Positions 31,502-43,800 of a stretch of DNA of 64,000 nt are shown piece after piece; the stretch's first letter is position 1, and every line of letters begins with the position of its first letter. The position numbers and the translations under genes were made by a program. The DNA comes from Phoronis australis. Taxonomy: Eukaryota > Animalia > Phoronida. Where the stretch lies: positions 525,352 to 589,351 of the forward strand of contig NMRA01000016.1 in assembly GCA_002633005.1 (NCBI GenBank), written 5' to 3'. The notes below the pieces were generated by a model. The model saw only the letters and a list, made by a program, of their open reading frames with translations. It ran no database searches and had not been told where the DNA came from.

Positions 31502-32258
31502 GAATAACGCATTGTTGCTCAGAGAAGGTATGAATTGTATAATATTCCAGGTACGAAAGCAAGTTTTATGGTGAAGTCGGCAAAATATGGTTCTGTATCC
31601 CGTTTTGGTGTTTTCATTGGACCATCCGAAACACCGGCTTTTCGTAGACCCGGAATTTCCCTCTTATGTGAACGTTGTCCGAGCATGTGTGGACTTGTCA
31701 TTCGGCCAATCATTCTTTTGTTTGAAAATCGCATGACTTGCAATAACACTGAAGTCCGCACATCCGCAGGTAATGTTCACCTCTGGTAAGACATTTGAGG
31801 CTACAAAAGCACCCGAGGTGTTCCGGAAGGAGTTGGACCACAGCGTAGTCTTCTCGCTCAGTTAACTACACATTCTTGTGTGTAGTTCTATAAGTTTATA
31901 GATTGACGTTTAATTGGAAACAATGCATCCCTTGAAAATAGTCCTGGCGACCGTTGCGAGATCTCGCTTCTCGTGATACCGAATGGCCCATGCACGTGCT
32001 AAGCGCAGGAAATAAGTGTTTCTGTTACTATTTTAGAGTGTCCGTTCGTACAGATGTTACACGCCGTGTTTCTGCAACCGTCAAGTACGCAACATCGTTT
32101 GCCGCTCGTGTGGTCACACCTTTCAGGGCCGAGTGCGCAAGTCTTGTCCCGCCCATCCGAACGTCATTCACTTGATGGACAATGATTCGTGCCCCAACTG
32201 TCGGACAGGAATTCTGAGGGAGTTTCACCACGGCACACTGGGTCGGCGAATTTTATGA
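31502..32258 (+). CDS. Uncharacterised Cys/His zinc-binding protein, copy B (partial model; 5' exon not resolved)
   Basis: Last exon 32037-32258 after TTTTAG: SVRSYRCYTPCFCNRQVRNIVCRSCGHTFQGRVRKSCPAHPNVIHLMDNDSCPNCRTGILREFHHGTLGRRIL*. Candidate micro-exon 31502-31527 ends CSEK|GTATGA, matching CSDK|GTAAGA in copy A. Confidence 0.7.
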
Positions 32259-32813
32259 AGTCGGTTGTGGGCCGTGTTTTGAACTCGTTCGTTTCTCGTC
32301 GATAGCTCTACATCCGACTTGATCGCTTTTTTGTGAGTGTTCCACTCAGCCACGCACTACACACACACGCGCAGACACGCACGCTCACTGTTATGGAAGA
32401 TATTTGATATAGGAGTATTTCGGATTAACTTTTTACACGAATCTCTGTATATCAGTGTTAGAAGAATATTTAATCTTTGACCTTTTACACACGGGGCAAC
32501 GTATTTTTGTGTGGCTCCTTAGAAAACATGAAATAAATATACTTTGTTGGTCTTTGGTCGTTTCCTTCGTGACTTGGTGGAACGTTTATGCGTAAAATGC
32601 CCAATAGATCGTGATTTGAGAAAGCAACGGGAAAAATACAAGTCATTTAAGGTATGCATTTTTATAGTGAAATGTAAGTAGAATCTCCAGGATACTTTTA
32701 ATCCTGCCAGCATCTTCACTTTAGGGTTTTACCTTGCCGACTAAGAGGGCGGGGATCCGAATTCCTCACTGTTACCGTCAAAATACAGCGAGTACCCTCC
32801 GGATGATTGATTG

Positions 32814-33050
32814 CATGCGCGCACCCAGGGGGGCTCGAAGGAACCCCCCATTTGGCGAAGTGGACAGAAAGGTCCGCCCCTGAGAGACAAAAAGTCCTAG
32901 AAAATGGGACATAAATCCAATAAATAAGCGCAAACGCGCAATTCACAGGTGGTACTCCAGTTTTTTTAGTCCGCCCGCTCTTATGTTGGCAAAAGGTACA
33001 CAACGTCAGGAATTCGAGCCCCCCCATATTGAAGGCTGGGTGCGCGCATG
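32814..33050. mobile_element. MITE, CATGCGCGCACCCAG family, 5-bp TSD
   Basis: 15-bp TIR with GATTG on both flanks. Confidence 0.85.
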
Positions 33051-33665
33051 GATTGCTAGATTTCGGTATAGGTATTAAAAGGAATGGAAATTCAGTATTT
33101 TTGCGGAAGTGTTGTGCCGCTGAGAAGTAAATATATTCTTCACGACGTAGACTCTTCGTTGAAGAACGATATCCCAATTGAAAGGGACCCCTTTAAGGAG
33201 GTCGTGTGAACTTGATAAAGAGTGTCATTTCCTGAACAACTAACTGGGTGCCCACAGCTGTTACATTATAATTCAATGAGCAATCCTTCAGAGTGAAGTC
33301 CATGAAAATTTTAGTAGAAGACATCCACGGGCCGAGACAGGCACGGCTGCATGAGAGGTCTCTTTAGGTCGATCAAAGCAAGTTTGAGGAACTCATCAAC
33401 TAGTGACGCTTTGTACCCGCCTTCGTAAGATCAGGGACGCGCACTCCGAAAGCCGGACAGGGCGGTAAGAAGATGAACATCTTAGAGAAAAGCCGCTGCG
33501 GAGCGTAGGCTACAAGGACGATCAAGAAAAGTCTGGATAGTTGTATCCAACAAAGCGAGACGGACACGCGTTGAACACGATCGACCTGCATGGTGGACGC
33601 ACAGGCAGTTGGCTTCATGGTGAACTGGTTATCCGAGCGAGATTGGCACGCAATGATGGAAACCG

Positions 33666-34065
33666 GGGCCCGGTCTCTAATCTTTGTACTCGAAACGAAC
33701 TCGAAACTACTTTTGGCAATTTCTCTGCTCCCTTTGTGCGAACTTAAGATAATTGGTTATCAAACTGTGCTCGAATACATTATAGTTTATGCATAGAAGT
33801 TTCTAGTTCAAGTTTGCCCTTGAAGACCCTTATATTCGTGCTACAAACTTGAGTAAAAACTGGAAATTTCGAGTTCAAACTCGAACTTATTGCTTTAATA
33901 TTGGGTTTACCAACTGAACTAAGGGCAATAAATTATCTACGTAAGTTATTGTGTACTCGAGCATAGAATAATAGACACTTATCTTGAGTTCGCCCAAAAG
34001 TAGAGTAGAAAATGCCAAACCTAATTTCGAGTTCCATTTCGAGTAAAAGATTGGAGACCGGGCCC
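33666..34065. mobile_element. Palindromic MITE with long imperfect TIRs (GGGCCCGGTCTC termini, Harbinger-like)
   Basis: GGGCCCGGTCTCTAATCTTT.TACTCGAAA / TTTCGAGTAAAAGATTGGAGACCGGGCCC, with complementarity extending about 130 bp. Confidence 0.8.
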
Positions 34066-36939
34066 GGGTCTCTCTATTCCACGTCCTCACTTCGTAATAT
34101 ATAACGATAGAAAGCCACGACCACTGCTTATAACTGTAATAAAAATTTTATCATATGGTATATCGAACTTTATGTTTGACATAGTTGTCAGAAAATCCGT
34201 TTTAAGATGAAACTTGCATCGATGCAGCAAATTCAATAAAATTAATATTCAAACTCATTTTCCTGAATTTTTATTCTAAGCTAGAATGATTTGAAAATTT
34301 CACGATCGAGAAAGCTTGCTTATTCTAATATCGCTTGATGAAATGAAATTCAAACAAGTATGTTGCTCTGTCGTGAAGTGAGTTTGCTTGTTTTTTACTT
34401 GGCTACAAGAAATTTCTCTAAGATGTCGCTTGGTCATGAAATTTTGTTTTTACACAAGTAGGCAGGTCATATTTTCATCCCGATCGACGTAACGTAAACA
34501 TGTGATAGGCCTTATGAGCGAAATCGGGCTAAGGGCTGTGACGATCCGGCAACTTTCTCTTCGCGGGCACCAAATATCTCTTTATGGCCGTGTTGTCCAG
34601 TGTGCTACATTATATTTTTTGATTGGTGTCGCCTGCTATACTAAACACAGTACATCAAGATTTTAATTTATTGTTAAAGTCACTGTTTCCTATTTTCAAG
34701 ACTTGGGCTCATGAGATTGTCAGAAAGTGAATTTGGTTGTCTCAAGGGTATTGTAGTCTGTAGTTTGTGTTACCTTCACTTCAATCATCAAGCTTTTGAT
34801 AGTTAGCCAGGTGTGAAGGATAAAAAGGACTGACCCAAGTAAAATAAACCTGATACAGAATTGTATGTATACTGTCTAACGTTTATACCTTGACACTCTA
34901 TAGCATATACATGCGCAATTCGTAATTAAAACAATTAGAATATAATTATTATCATGAAGTAGCCTTCGTATTCCCAACGAATACAATGAAATATGCAGCA
35001 ATTCGTCACTTACAGCATATAATCACAGATTTGGCAGTTTGAAACCTTGACAGTTGTCATTCTGAAATGTACTTCTTATCTTGTTGGCGGCGCATGAAGG
35101 TAAGACCACTTGATTCGACTTCCCCAGAAACCTGAAGCACCATCATGTTACTTGCCTGTAGGCTACATGCACGTGTAGGTATTTTCTAAAAAAAATAAGT
35201 GGCATTAGAAGAAGACAGCTCGATTAATTGGTCGAACAGTATTTATCTGTGGAACTACATTTATAGAAACATGTTTGTACATGCAGTATAGGCCTAACGT
35301 GAAAGTACATGAACTGTTGTGAATGAGAAATTTGTCAACACACCTGTTTAGATGCCCCCTTCACTTGAAAAGTCCGCGGGTGTCTCGTCGCCAGGTAATA
35401 GTTTCATGTCTAAACAAACTAAATTTTGAATTCTGAACAACTGCATCCAACAAATTGCATCTCACGTCCACACCGTTGTCATGTTGGTTCCCAAGTTTAT
35501 TTGACTCTCGTGTGCATTTATTGGTATACGTCATACGCGTATGGTCAGGCTCGAAACATGAATCTGTTGTCCCCCACATTACCGGTGTGGGCATGTGGTG
35601 GTCCTCACTCTTGGATAACGCCGTTAACCGTTACATATCCAACAGTAAAAAACTTGCTCGTGCTGGGTATTCTCTGTCAATACTCCGTACTGTTGACGGT
35701 AGGTCAGGAATGCCGCTCGCCCGGGTATACTAATACAGCCGACATTTAATATGCCCTCACATATCTGTCATACGGCTCTCTTCTCCGCAGCACAGGCATT
35801 CCGTTGGTGTCCGCATTGCATCACAAAAGCAGCAAATGCACCTAAAATTACACAAACTAACGTTACACACTTTCATGAATAATGTAATGAACATGTCCTG
35901 GGCATTGAAATTAACTCGAGTCCGATGAAACACGCGCGTGCACGAAGAAGGTCTGACTTAATGGTCTCGACCCCCTCCACGTAATTCGGCAATAGTTCAA
36001 AATGGATATCAAATCAAAAAATGAAATTTTGTTTAATTCATAAATTGCTTGCAACCAAACTTTATCACAGTTTGGTTTCCACCCCCGCAAGCACAGAAAC
36101 GGAGGACGATACGACAAATTTGGTATGTAAGAACTTTATTTTACACCGGCACAGGAAAATACAAAACAAGAAACTTTCATAGTAAAAGTGCTGGTCAACG
36201 GTAAAATGTGACGAGTATATACCAAGATGCAGTATATAAGGTATGTACAATGAAACATATACAATGACAATGACATTTTAATTCAATTCTCAAAAGACAT
36301 AATTGTACAGGTACATATTTCCGTCTAGGCATTTAAGTACCTGCGTTTGCCTAATATTCGTTCACAGACTCGTGGCAATGTTTTTGCTCTTCCACTTACT
36401 ATGGTGAAACATTTGAAGTGATACGGTCATCGTCATCGACTTCAGGATCTGCCGCTGTATTCCGCTATTCACTCGAAGTCGCGCCAACCGGCGCACCTGC
36501 ACCCACTGTTTCGCACCTACAGTATAAGGCTCAAGAACCCCTTCACGAAGGCCTTCAATGAGAATATCTACTGTGCTCGATGCTTTTTCGTCACATTCGA
36601 GTAAAAAATTATCTAAATTTTCCTCTTCGTTGGAAGATTTATCGCTAAAACTCTGGCATCAACAAAAATTCAGAATCTTTACGAGCAGAAACCATAGAAG
36701 TTATCTAGAGAACACGTTGATTTTTGTTTCAGGGTCAGAGACGCACTTTGAACACAACAATTTAGTCTCTGTCTTTCGCGTTCCAGGCTTCTTTAAAGTA
36801 AAAGACAATCATTGTTTAGAGGGGACAAATCTATGACTTTTTGGGAGGGCCCCGAACCTTCGTTTCTATGTTACTCGACGTCACTTTTATGACCCAATTG
36901 TGACCCGACCAGAATACATCGACGTCGTCTAGTTTGCAA

Positions 36940-37067
36940 CAGTGCTGTAGTGGTAAAATTTGAGGTAAGTAGGCGCCTAAGGTCCACAGTATCACCTTGA
37001 GCACTTACAGTGCGTAGTCGCTACGTTCAAATGCCAAAAGGTGGTTGGCTGCCCCACTACAGCACTG
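36940..37067. mobile_element. hAT-like MITE with 8-bp TSD
   Basis: TIR CAGTGCTGTAGTGG...CCACTACAGCACTG with perfect GTTTGCAA duplication. Confidence 0.9.
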
Positions 37068-37839
37068 GTTTGCAAAGAACTAGTCTAATAGATGTGATAG
37101 AATACTGGATGTACCGACCACTTGATTATTGAAGGTAAAATAAAAATGCAAACGTGTTGATAAAATGAATCAAAATCAAGCAAATTGAACATAGTTATAT
37201 GTCGGCCAGAGATGCAACGTTACTAATGCCCCGGCAGAGAGAGATTACTGAATCACAAAAGTCAGCCAGACTAAACTGACACCACTCAAGATTTTCATGC
37301 CTAAAACCCACATTTTACTAAATTTCTTCTCCAAACTTCAGAGGGACATGCAATATATATGCAATGAAGGGACTTCCACTGCTCTCGATCTGTACACTCT
37401 CCCTGTCAGCGTTAGTCGGCCGGACGTCGTGCGAGCGTCTCAAACTCGTCCCTGCGAAGGCTTTGGAGGTAAGCTACCTTTATTGCATATGCGTGGTGTA
37501 TGAAATGCATGGTCTAAAAAGATCGAGATAATCTCCCGTGCATTTAATGTGCCGCTTACCTAATGTCGAAAATATTATCAAAACGTGTACTGAAAGCTAT
37601 CTGCAAACTGAACAACTTACGTTTATCTGTGTATACACTTGAGATAACTCCTATTTTATCATATGTCGCGTTCAAGACGAAAGTTGAACCTGGATTAAGA
37701 AAGCTGTATCTCGTCCCGATTATTGTTGCCGAGTTTCCAGTGAATCGCCTCCCGTATTTAATTTAATTCAATTTACGTCAACACTGCATTAGCGGAAGAA
37801 GATAACCCGTCGGGATTTTCTCCCAGATAGACCGCCGAA

Positions 37840-40800
37840 ATGGCAACCGATCTTCACTGGGCTGATTTCTTAACGCTAGCTCTGTATTTTGTCGTTGTGT
37901 TGTGTGTCGGATTGTGGGTAAGTATATGAGTAGAGCATTTAGTCGGCAACTGAGACATCTACAAAAGTTTACTTGAAACTGGAGATCAACTGTTCCTCAA
38001 TGTAAGTGATAACGAACCACCAGAAAACTAATATCCGATACCCTATAACACTATATCTGCACTGTACTTATATGTTCGCGCCCATAAAACATTTGTTGTC
38101 GTACAGGAGGGCATTTCGTCCGTCGTCGGACGTCGTTACCTCACCTTTATAAATTTTCTCATGCAAGGATGACCCGGCGTTTGACGGATTCTGAAAAAAA
38201 TGACTCTGGGGTATCGGGCAAATCTCTTGTTTCTCAATGTTCGCCAAAACAACATGACGCAAAGGTATATATGTGTGGTGGAAATGGACCGGCACCAGTC
38301 GATTTTTCGGACGGAGTCGCCGTGGCGCCTTGTTGCCCCGACTAATTAATGTGAAACTTGCCACCCGTTCCAAACGCCGTAACACCATTCAAGAGTCCAT
38401 TAAATGCAAGCCGTTACATGCTTGCAGCTCACTGTAATATTACTACAAACATTATATACCGTAACACTCTTCAACGAGTCCTACATGTGTGTGGTGCGCT
38501 CCAGGATCAAGTCGATGTTTACTCTCGCTGCCAAGATATGGCGACGATGTGAATATGAAGTACGTTGAAAATTACGAAATGTTTTTACGAAAGAGTTTTG
38601 TGTTGAAAATTATCCCGCCGTAAATCACTCAACCACGTCCAGTAATTATCGTGATGTGGTGTTACAAAAGGAATAACACTGCATGATGTGGGCTGCCTGA
38701 ACTTCCAAGGTAGTACATCATTAGTGCAAAGGAGGTCACATATTTGCATGATTTTTGTTTTCAAGTTGCTCAGACCTTTTACACATGCTAACTGAACAAC
38801 GCCGTTTCACACATGAACACTGCTCCTTAATTTAGGCCAACTTCCGAGCAAGGCTAACGGGCGTTTAAACTCATTTCACTGATATCTCTCTAAACTCATC
38901 TTACTGCACCCATTAAAAAGGTTATGGTCTGATATAACGATCCCAAATCTTGAGAACCAGTTTTCTCCTCTGAATAACAGGCATCAAAGTGGTTCTCAAA
39001 ATACGGGCACGTTATATCCGACTATTACCCCAAAAAGAACTGCTCATGGACCTGTCCTGTAAACACGGCCAGTGGACCAAAGATACTATATGAACGGACT
39101 CAAAACTGCTTATCCGTGTATTTAGTAATAGTGGAGGTCGATCCGTGAAACGTTAATTCCTTTGGGGTTCGTATGCCGCGGCCGTGCTATGTGGGTGTAG
39201 ATAAGAGCTAGTGAGACCGTGAGCTAAGAGAACCGTGAGCTGAGTTCTGTTAGTTTCACTAAGGAGTTTACTATCGTACTATACTCCTTGGTTTCACTTC
39301 GTGGTTAGACGACTTTAATTTTTTTGTTTGCAGTCGACGTTCCGTGCAAGCCGATCGAGCACGTCTGGCTACTTTTTGGCGGGGAAGAACATGACTTGGA
39401 TACCGGTAAGTGACTGGGTAATTTGACGTGTTTTTTGAGACTTTGCCTTATTTTTCAAACTGAAAATAAATTGTAGCCTACCAACCTCTGCTTTAAGCAG
39501 GCCATTTTCGTACTTCAGTGCTCCAAGTCTCTTTCAAAGTCAAAGCACATTATTTTATTGACAGCTGAATGTTTCAAATTACCTTTCAGATTGGGGCATC
39601 CATCTTTGCCAGTAATGTCGGTGCTCCTATGTTCGTCGGATTGGCCGGAAGTGCCGCCGCGTCCGGTTTCGCGGTGGTGACATACGAATGGCATGTATGT
39701 AAACTCATCGCGACATTTATGCAAAGTAGACCAAAAATGTACCCATTCATTCAATGACGCTTGTGCATGAAGTACATTTTAACAAAACTAAGAGACATCG
39801 TGCTGTTGCCGATGAAAACATTGCACGAGGTAGGCCTTGGTTTAGAGTTTAAAGACACATTTTTTTCGATATCGTTGTTGCACAGTATATCAAATTTCTC
39901 GTAGTCTAGCAATGATACGATCGTTATCCTACAGAATGTCTACTCTGCGTCAGGCAAAATGAAGGCCAGCGACGTCATTGGTTCTTGTTTCATAACAGCC
40001 TCAGTGCTATTGTGTCGCGTAAAGCATCAAACAACGACAACAACACAAGCAAGAACAACAACAACAACAACAACAACAACAGCAACAACAACAACACTTG
40101 GTTCACTTTGGAGGACCCTGATGCTACATGACCCTGTGACACTAACCGGTGTATTTCAGTGTCGTGGCCATTGATTTGTGACAGATGTCACACTGACAGT
40201 TGATGTGGGCTCAGAGATTTAATTACTAAAGCTATGAAAGAAACTTAAAAAGTTTGATTCAGCGGGACTCGCCTTTTATTCTTTGCATTTTCAGGCCGTC
40301 TTTATGATCCTAATGCTCGGCTGGGTGTATGTGCCCGTATACATTGCGTCAGGGGTAAGTTAACACGAGTTACGATGAGGTTCAACTCGCGCTTACCAAC
40401 TACTTCTAAATCTAGCAGTCGTTTTGTGAGGGTACGCGTAGGCACAATAAGCAGGCCGGGCGGTAATTTCTCCTGCCAGGTCACTGCTGTCTGCATGAAA
40501 AGCACTCTATCTTTCTATGCATAACGAGTTTTCTTTACCTTTCGTGTCAAATTCTTTCATTGTTATGAAGTTACGTATGACAACAATCCACCTCACCTTC
40601 CCGTCTGTTACGGTCGGTTCGTAGTTAAACAATGCCGTTAGTGTCGTAATGCGGCCTTACCCAGACGAAATTAGTTTCATTTTAATCCACTTATTTCTGG
40701 CGCTCGAAATATTTCATTTTCACGACTCTGTATATTTTGTAAGGTTTGAATTTGTCGTGTTTCAAATATATTTTCAGTTGAATGTATTTATGTATACTAT

Positions 40801-43800
40801 AGGCTTATACGATGCCAGAATATCTGAAGAAACGTTTCGGCGGTCACCGTCTTCAAGTCTACATCTCGTTATTGGGCGTGGCGTTGTACATTCTCACCAA
40901 AATATCTGTAAGATCAAGGTTTCGTTTTATTTTTACTTGAAACATGATAGTCAAAGTTGCTCCATTATCATAACAGAATTAATCGAAATTCTAGTAAGCA
41001 GTTCTGAGCATTGCTCCTCCAGTATATGTCAACTTGATCCCGGTGGAAACGTTTTCTTTCGATTTTCAGATCGAAATGTACGCCGGTGCTCTTTTTATTC
41101 AACAAGTGCTGGATTGGGATCTATATCTATCGGTGGTACTCATCTTGGGCGTCACTGCTGTCTATACGGTGGTGGGTGAGTATTCACAAGCTGCAGCCAC
41201 GTGTGCTACGTCCATGAATCACATCGGTGAAAAAAACTCCGTCCGGCAAAAAATCACACTAAGATGTCAGGGGCAGCAAATATTCCGTAGGCTGTATGCG
41301 TGTATTTAGTGTGCGCCCACTCATATATCCGAATTAAGGCACATGCGCTTTTACGCGAACCACATGAGTAAAAACATATGAAGAGCGTGTTCCAAGTGAC
41401 GTGCCTCATGGTGGTCCGGTTCCGATGTGTAAGCCTACCTGACTATGAATACCTATTTAATTCGTAACTTAATTAAGTTCTTAGGTTGTTTTCCGTTGAA
41501 ATCCGTTGGTATTTTCACTAGCTTTACAAGGAAAGTTAAATAAATTGTTTAACGAAGTCATGATCAACAAAATTTCCTTTCTTTAAAAATTTTAACCATG
41601 CACTGTAAGTATGGTTCGAACCACACTGTATTAGTTTTATTTATAATTTGTAAATTAATTACGAAATCATTTAACTAAATTTGCGATCTTTCATGACAGA
41701 TAGCCTTTGAACTATTATTCCTGCAACATGGGTCCCGTTCATAAAATTGACTTTGGTCTTACACTTTACACAACTATTGCTGAACAATAATTGAATATCA
41801 CTGGAGCAGAAGATTAGCCTGAGATAGAGATAGAGTAACAGGCGATGAATCAGATACTAAATCTTTCGAGATCACAAACAATATTTAGAAATGCTTGAAC
41901 TAATTGATCTTTGTCGATTAGAGAATTGCATGTGAACCTGTTGGCTGTAAAATATCCCGCCATCAAATATTATACAAATGTAGTTGAATAACGAGGGGGT
42001 TTGTCGCCAGCTGAAGTCCCCCGATCCAGAGATTGATCTCCCAGTATCATATTTCGTCCTCAACAGGTGGATTGGTTGCAGTCATATATACGGACACGCT
42101 ACAAACTGCGATGCTGCTCATTGGTTGCACATTTCTTGCCATCAAAAGTCTAGTTGACGTAGGCGGCTTCGAAAGTCTGATGTCACGCTACAAGGACGCT
42201 GTCTCCAACGAGACTCTCAAAGACTTCCAACTATATAAAAACCACAGCTGCGGCATGCCCGATCCAGACTACGAACATATATTCAGAGACCCAGTGGAAT
42301 CCAACTTTCCGTGGCCAGGAATGACGATAGGACTGACCCCTATCGCTATGTGGGTTTGGTGTAACGACCAGGTTGGCACACAGTAGTGGACGCGGGCGAG
42401 TCAAAACGATATAGTTAGCTGATCTGTCCCATGGGATATGCAACAACCCCTCGAATATCTTATTTATGTTGTCCGTTTCTCGGCGCTGAAGTTCTTCAAT
42501 AGTAAATATATAGCATGGGCGGCGCACCATAGGGGGTGGGGGGGGGGCTATAGCCCCCACTTTTTTCAGTGCTACGCCGCCCATGATAGCACCGGAGTCT
42601 AGCTATTTCATGAAAAGCGACTTAAGACGCCTTAAGTCAGAAAGTTGGCCTTCACTCCACATAACCATTTCTCAGTGAAAAAATGATCAAAACTCACTTT
42701 GGCAAAATTACAAAATATCTGAGAATATAGGCTACTCACAACTGTTATTTTCTGAGATACTTTCTATAAATTATTTCTAGGCAATGGTTTTTTAGCAATA
42801 ACATGAATGAACCTTTATTCAAGAACTGACTTTTAAAATCACTTTTCATGAAACACGCCCAGATGAATAACCCTCTTAAAGTGTGCTAAGGTGTTAGTCT
42901 TTGGTGTCTGTCATGGGCGATAGGCGGTTTAGCCCGACAATTCATACCGGTGAAACTCCACGTGGTGTTCGCTCTATCTGCAGTTTTCAGGTCGTTTTTT
43001 AACGAAGTCATTGCAGAGTCAAGCTCTTGCTCTGCTATTAGAAAACTGAAAGGGTTACTAAAAAGTTGTTAGATGTGTTAAACAAAAGTTGTACTTTGTA
43101 TGATGACGCAGACTAACTAAGAAAGATACACTGTAAGCAGCAAACTATAGAATATCACATTCTTGGTTACTTGGGTAGTCCATAGGCCTACACCGAGGGC
43201 TAAGCGAACTGAAGTAACCACATGATGTTTTTTCTTTAGGTGATGGTTCAGCGTTGCCTGTCAGCCAAGACAGTGTGTCACGCCAAAGGTGGCGCCATAC
43301 TGGGTAGTCTCCTAAAGTTGTACCCTTTCCTCCTGTTTATCCTACCCGGAATGATCAGTCGAGTCTTATACCCAAATGAGATCGCCTGCTCGTCACCGGA
43401 AGCGTGTCTAGACGCGTGTCAGAACCCGGCTGGATGCACGAACATCGCGTACCCTTTGTTGGTTATTCGCAACATGCCTGTAGGTAAGCAGTTGGGGAAA
43501 TTCACCCTATGTTCGCATCGAAACGTTTCCTACTGTAACAGACAATTTGGAGTTAAGAATAAGTAGTACCCTGAAAAATCTCCAAATGTGGCTAACTTCG
43601 GAAAATATCTCAGAAATGGCTGGTTGGATTCATTCAGATACTTCAGTTGTGCACAGTTCTCTAACAGTCTCAGGAATTATTTTTAAAATATTATAATTTT
43701 GCACGATGGTCTATCAAAATGATATAAGAAACTGTTCCATGAACGCGGGAACGCAAAATGATAATTTAGGAAATTGTAACGTTTTGAGATGTTGCCTTGA

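Noticed and set aside
33400-35830. GC-richer patches with 60-107 aa ORFs (33400-33660, 35360-35830)
   Set aside because: No recognisable motif, no third zinc-finger paralogue, and no consistent splice chain.
40649-41179. 176-aa ORF overlapping SLC5A exons 5-6
   Set aside because: Off-frame read-through of exons and introns; the spliced SLC5A frame explains the region.
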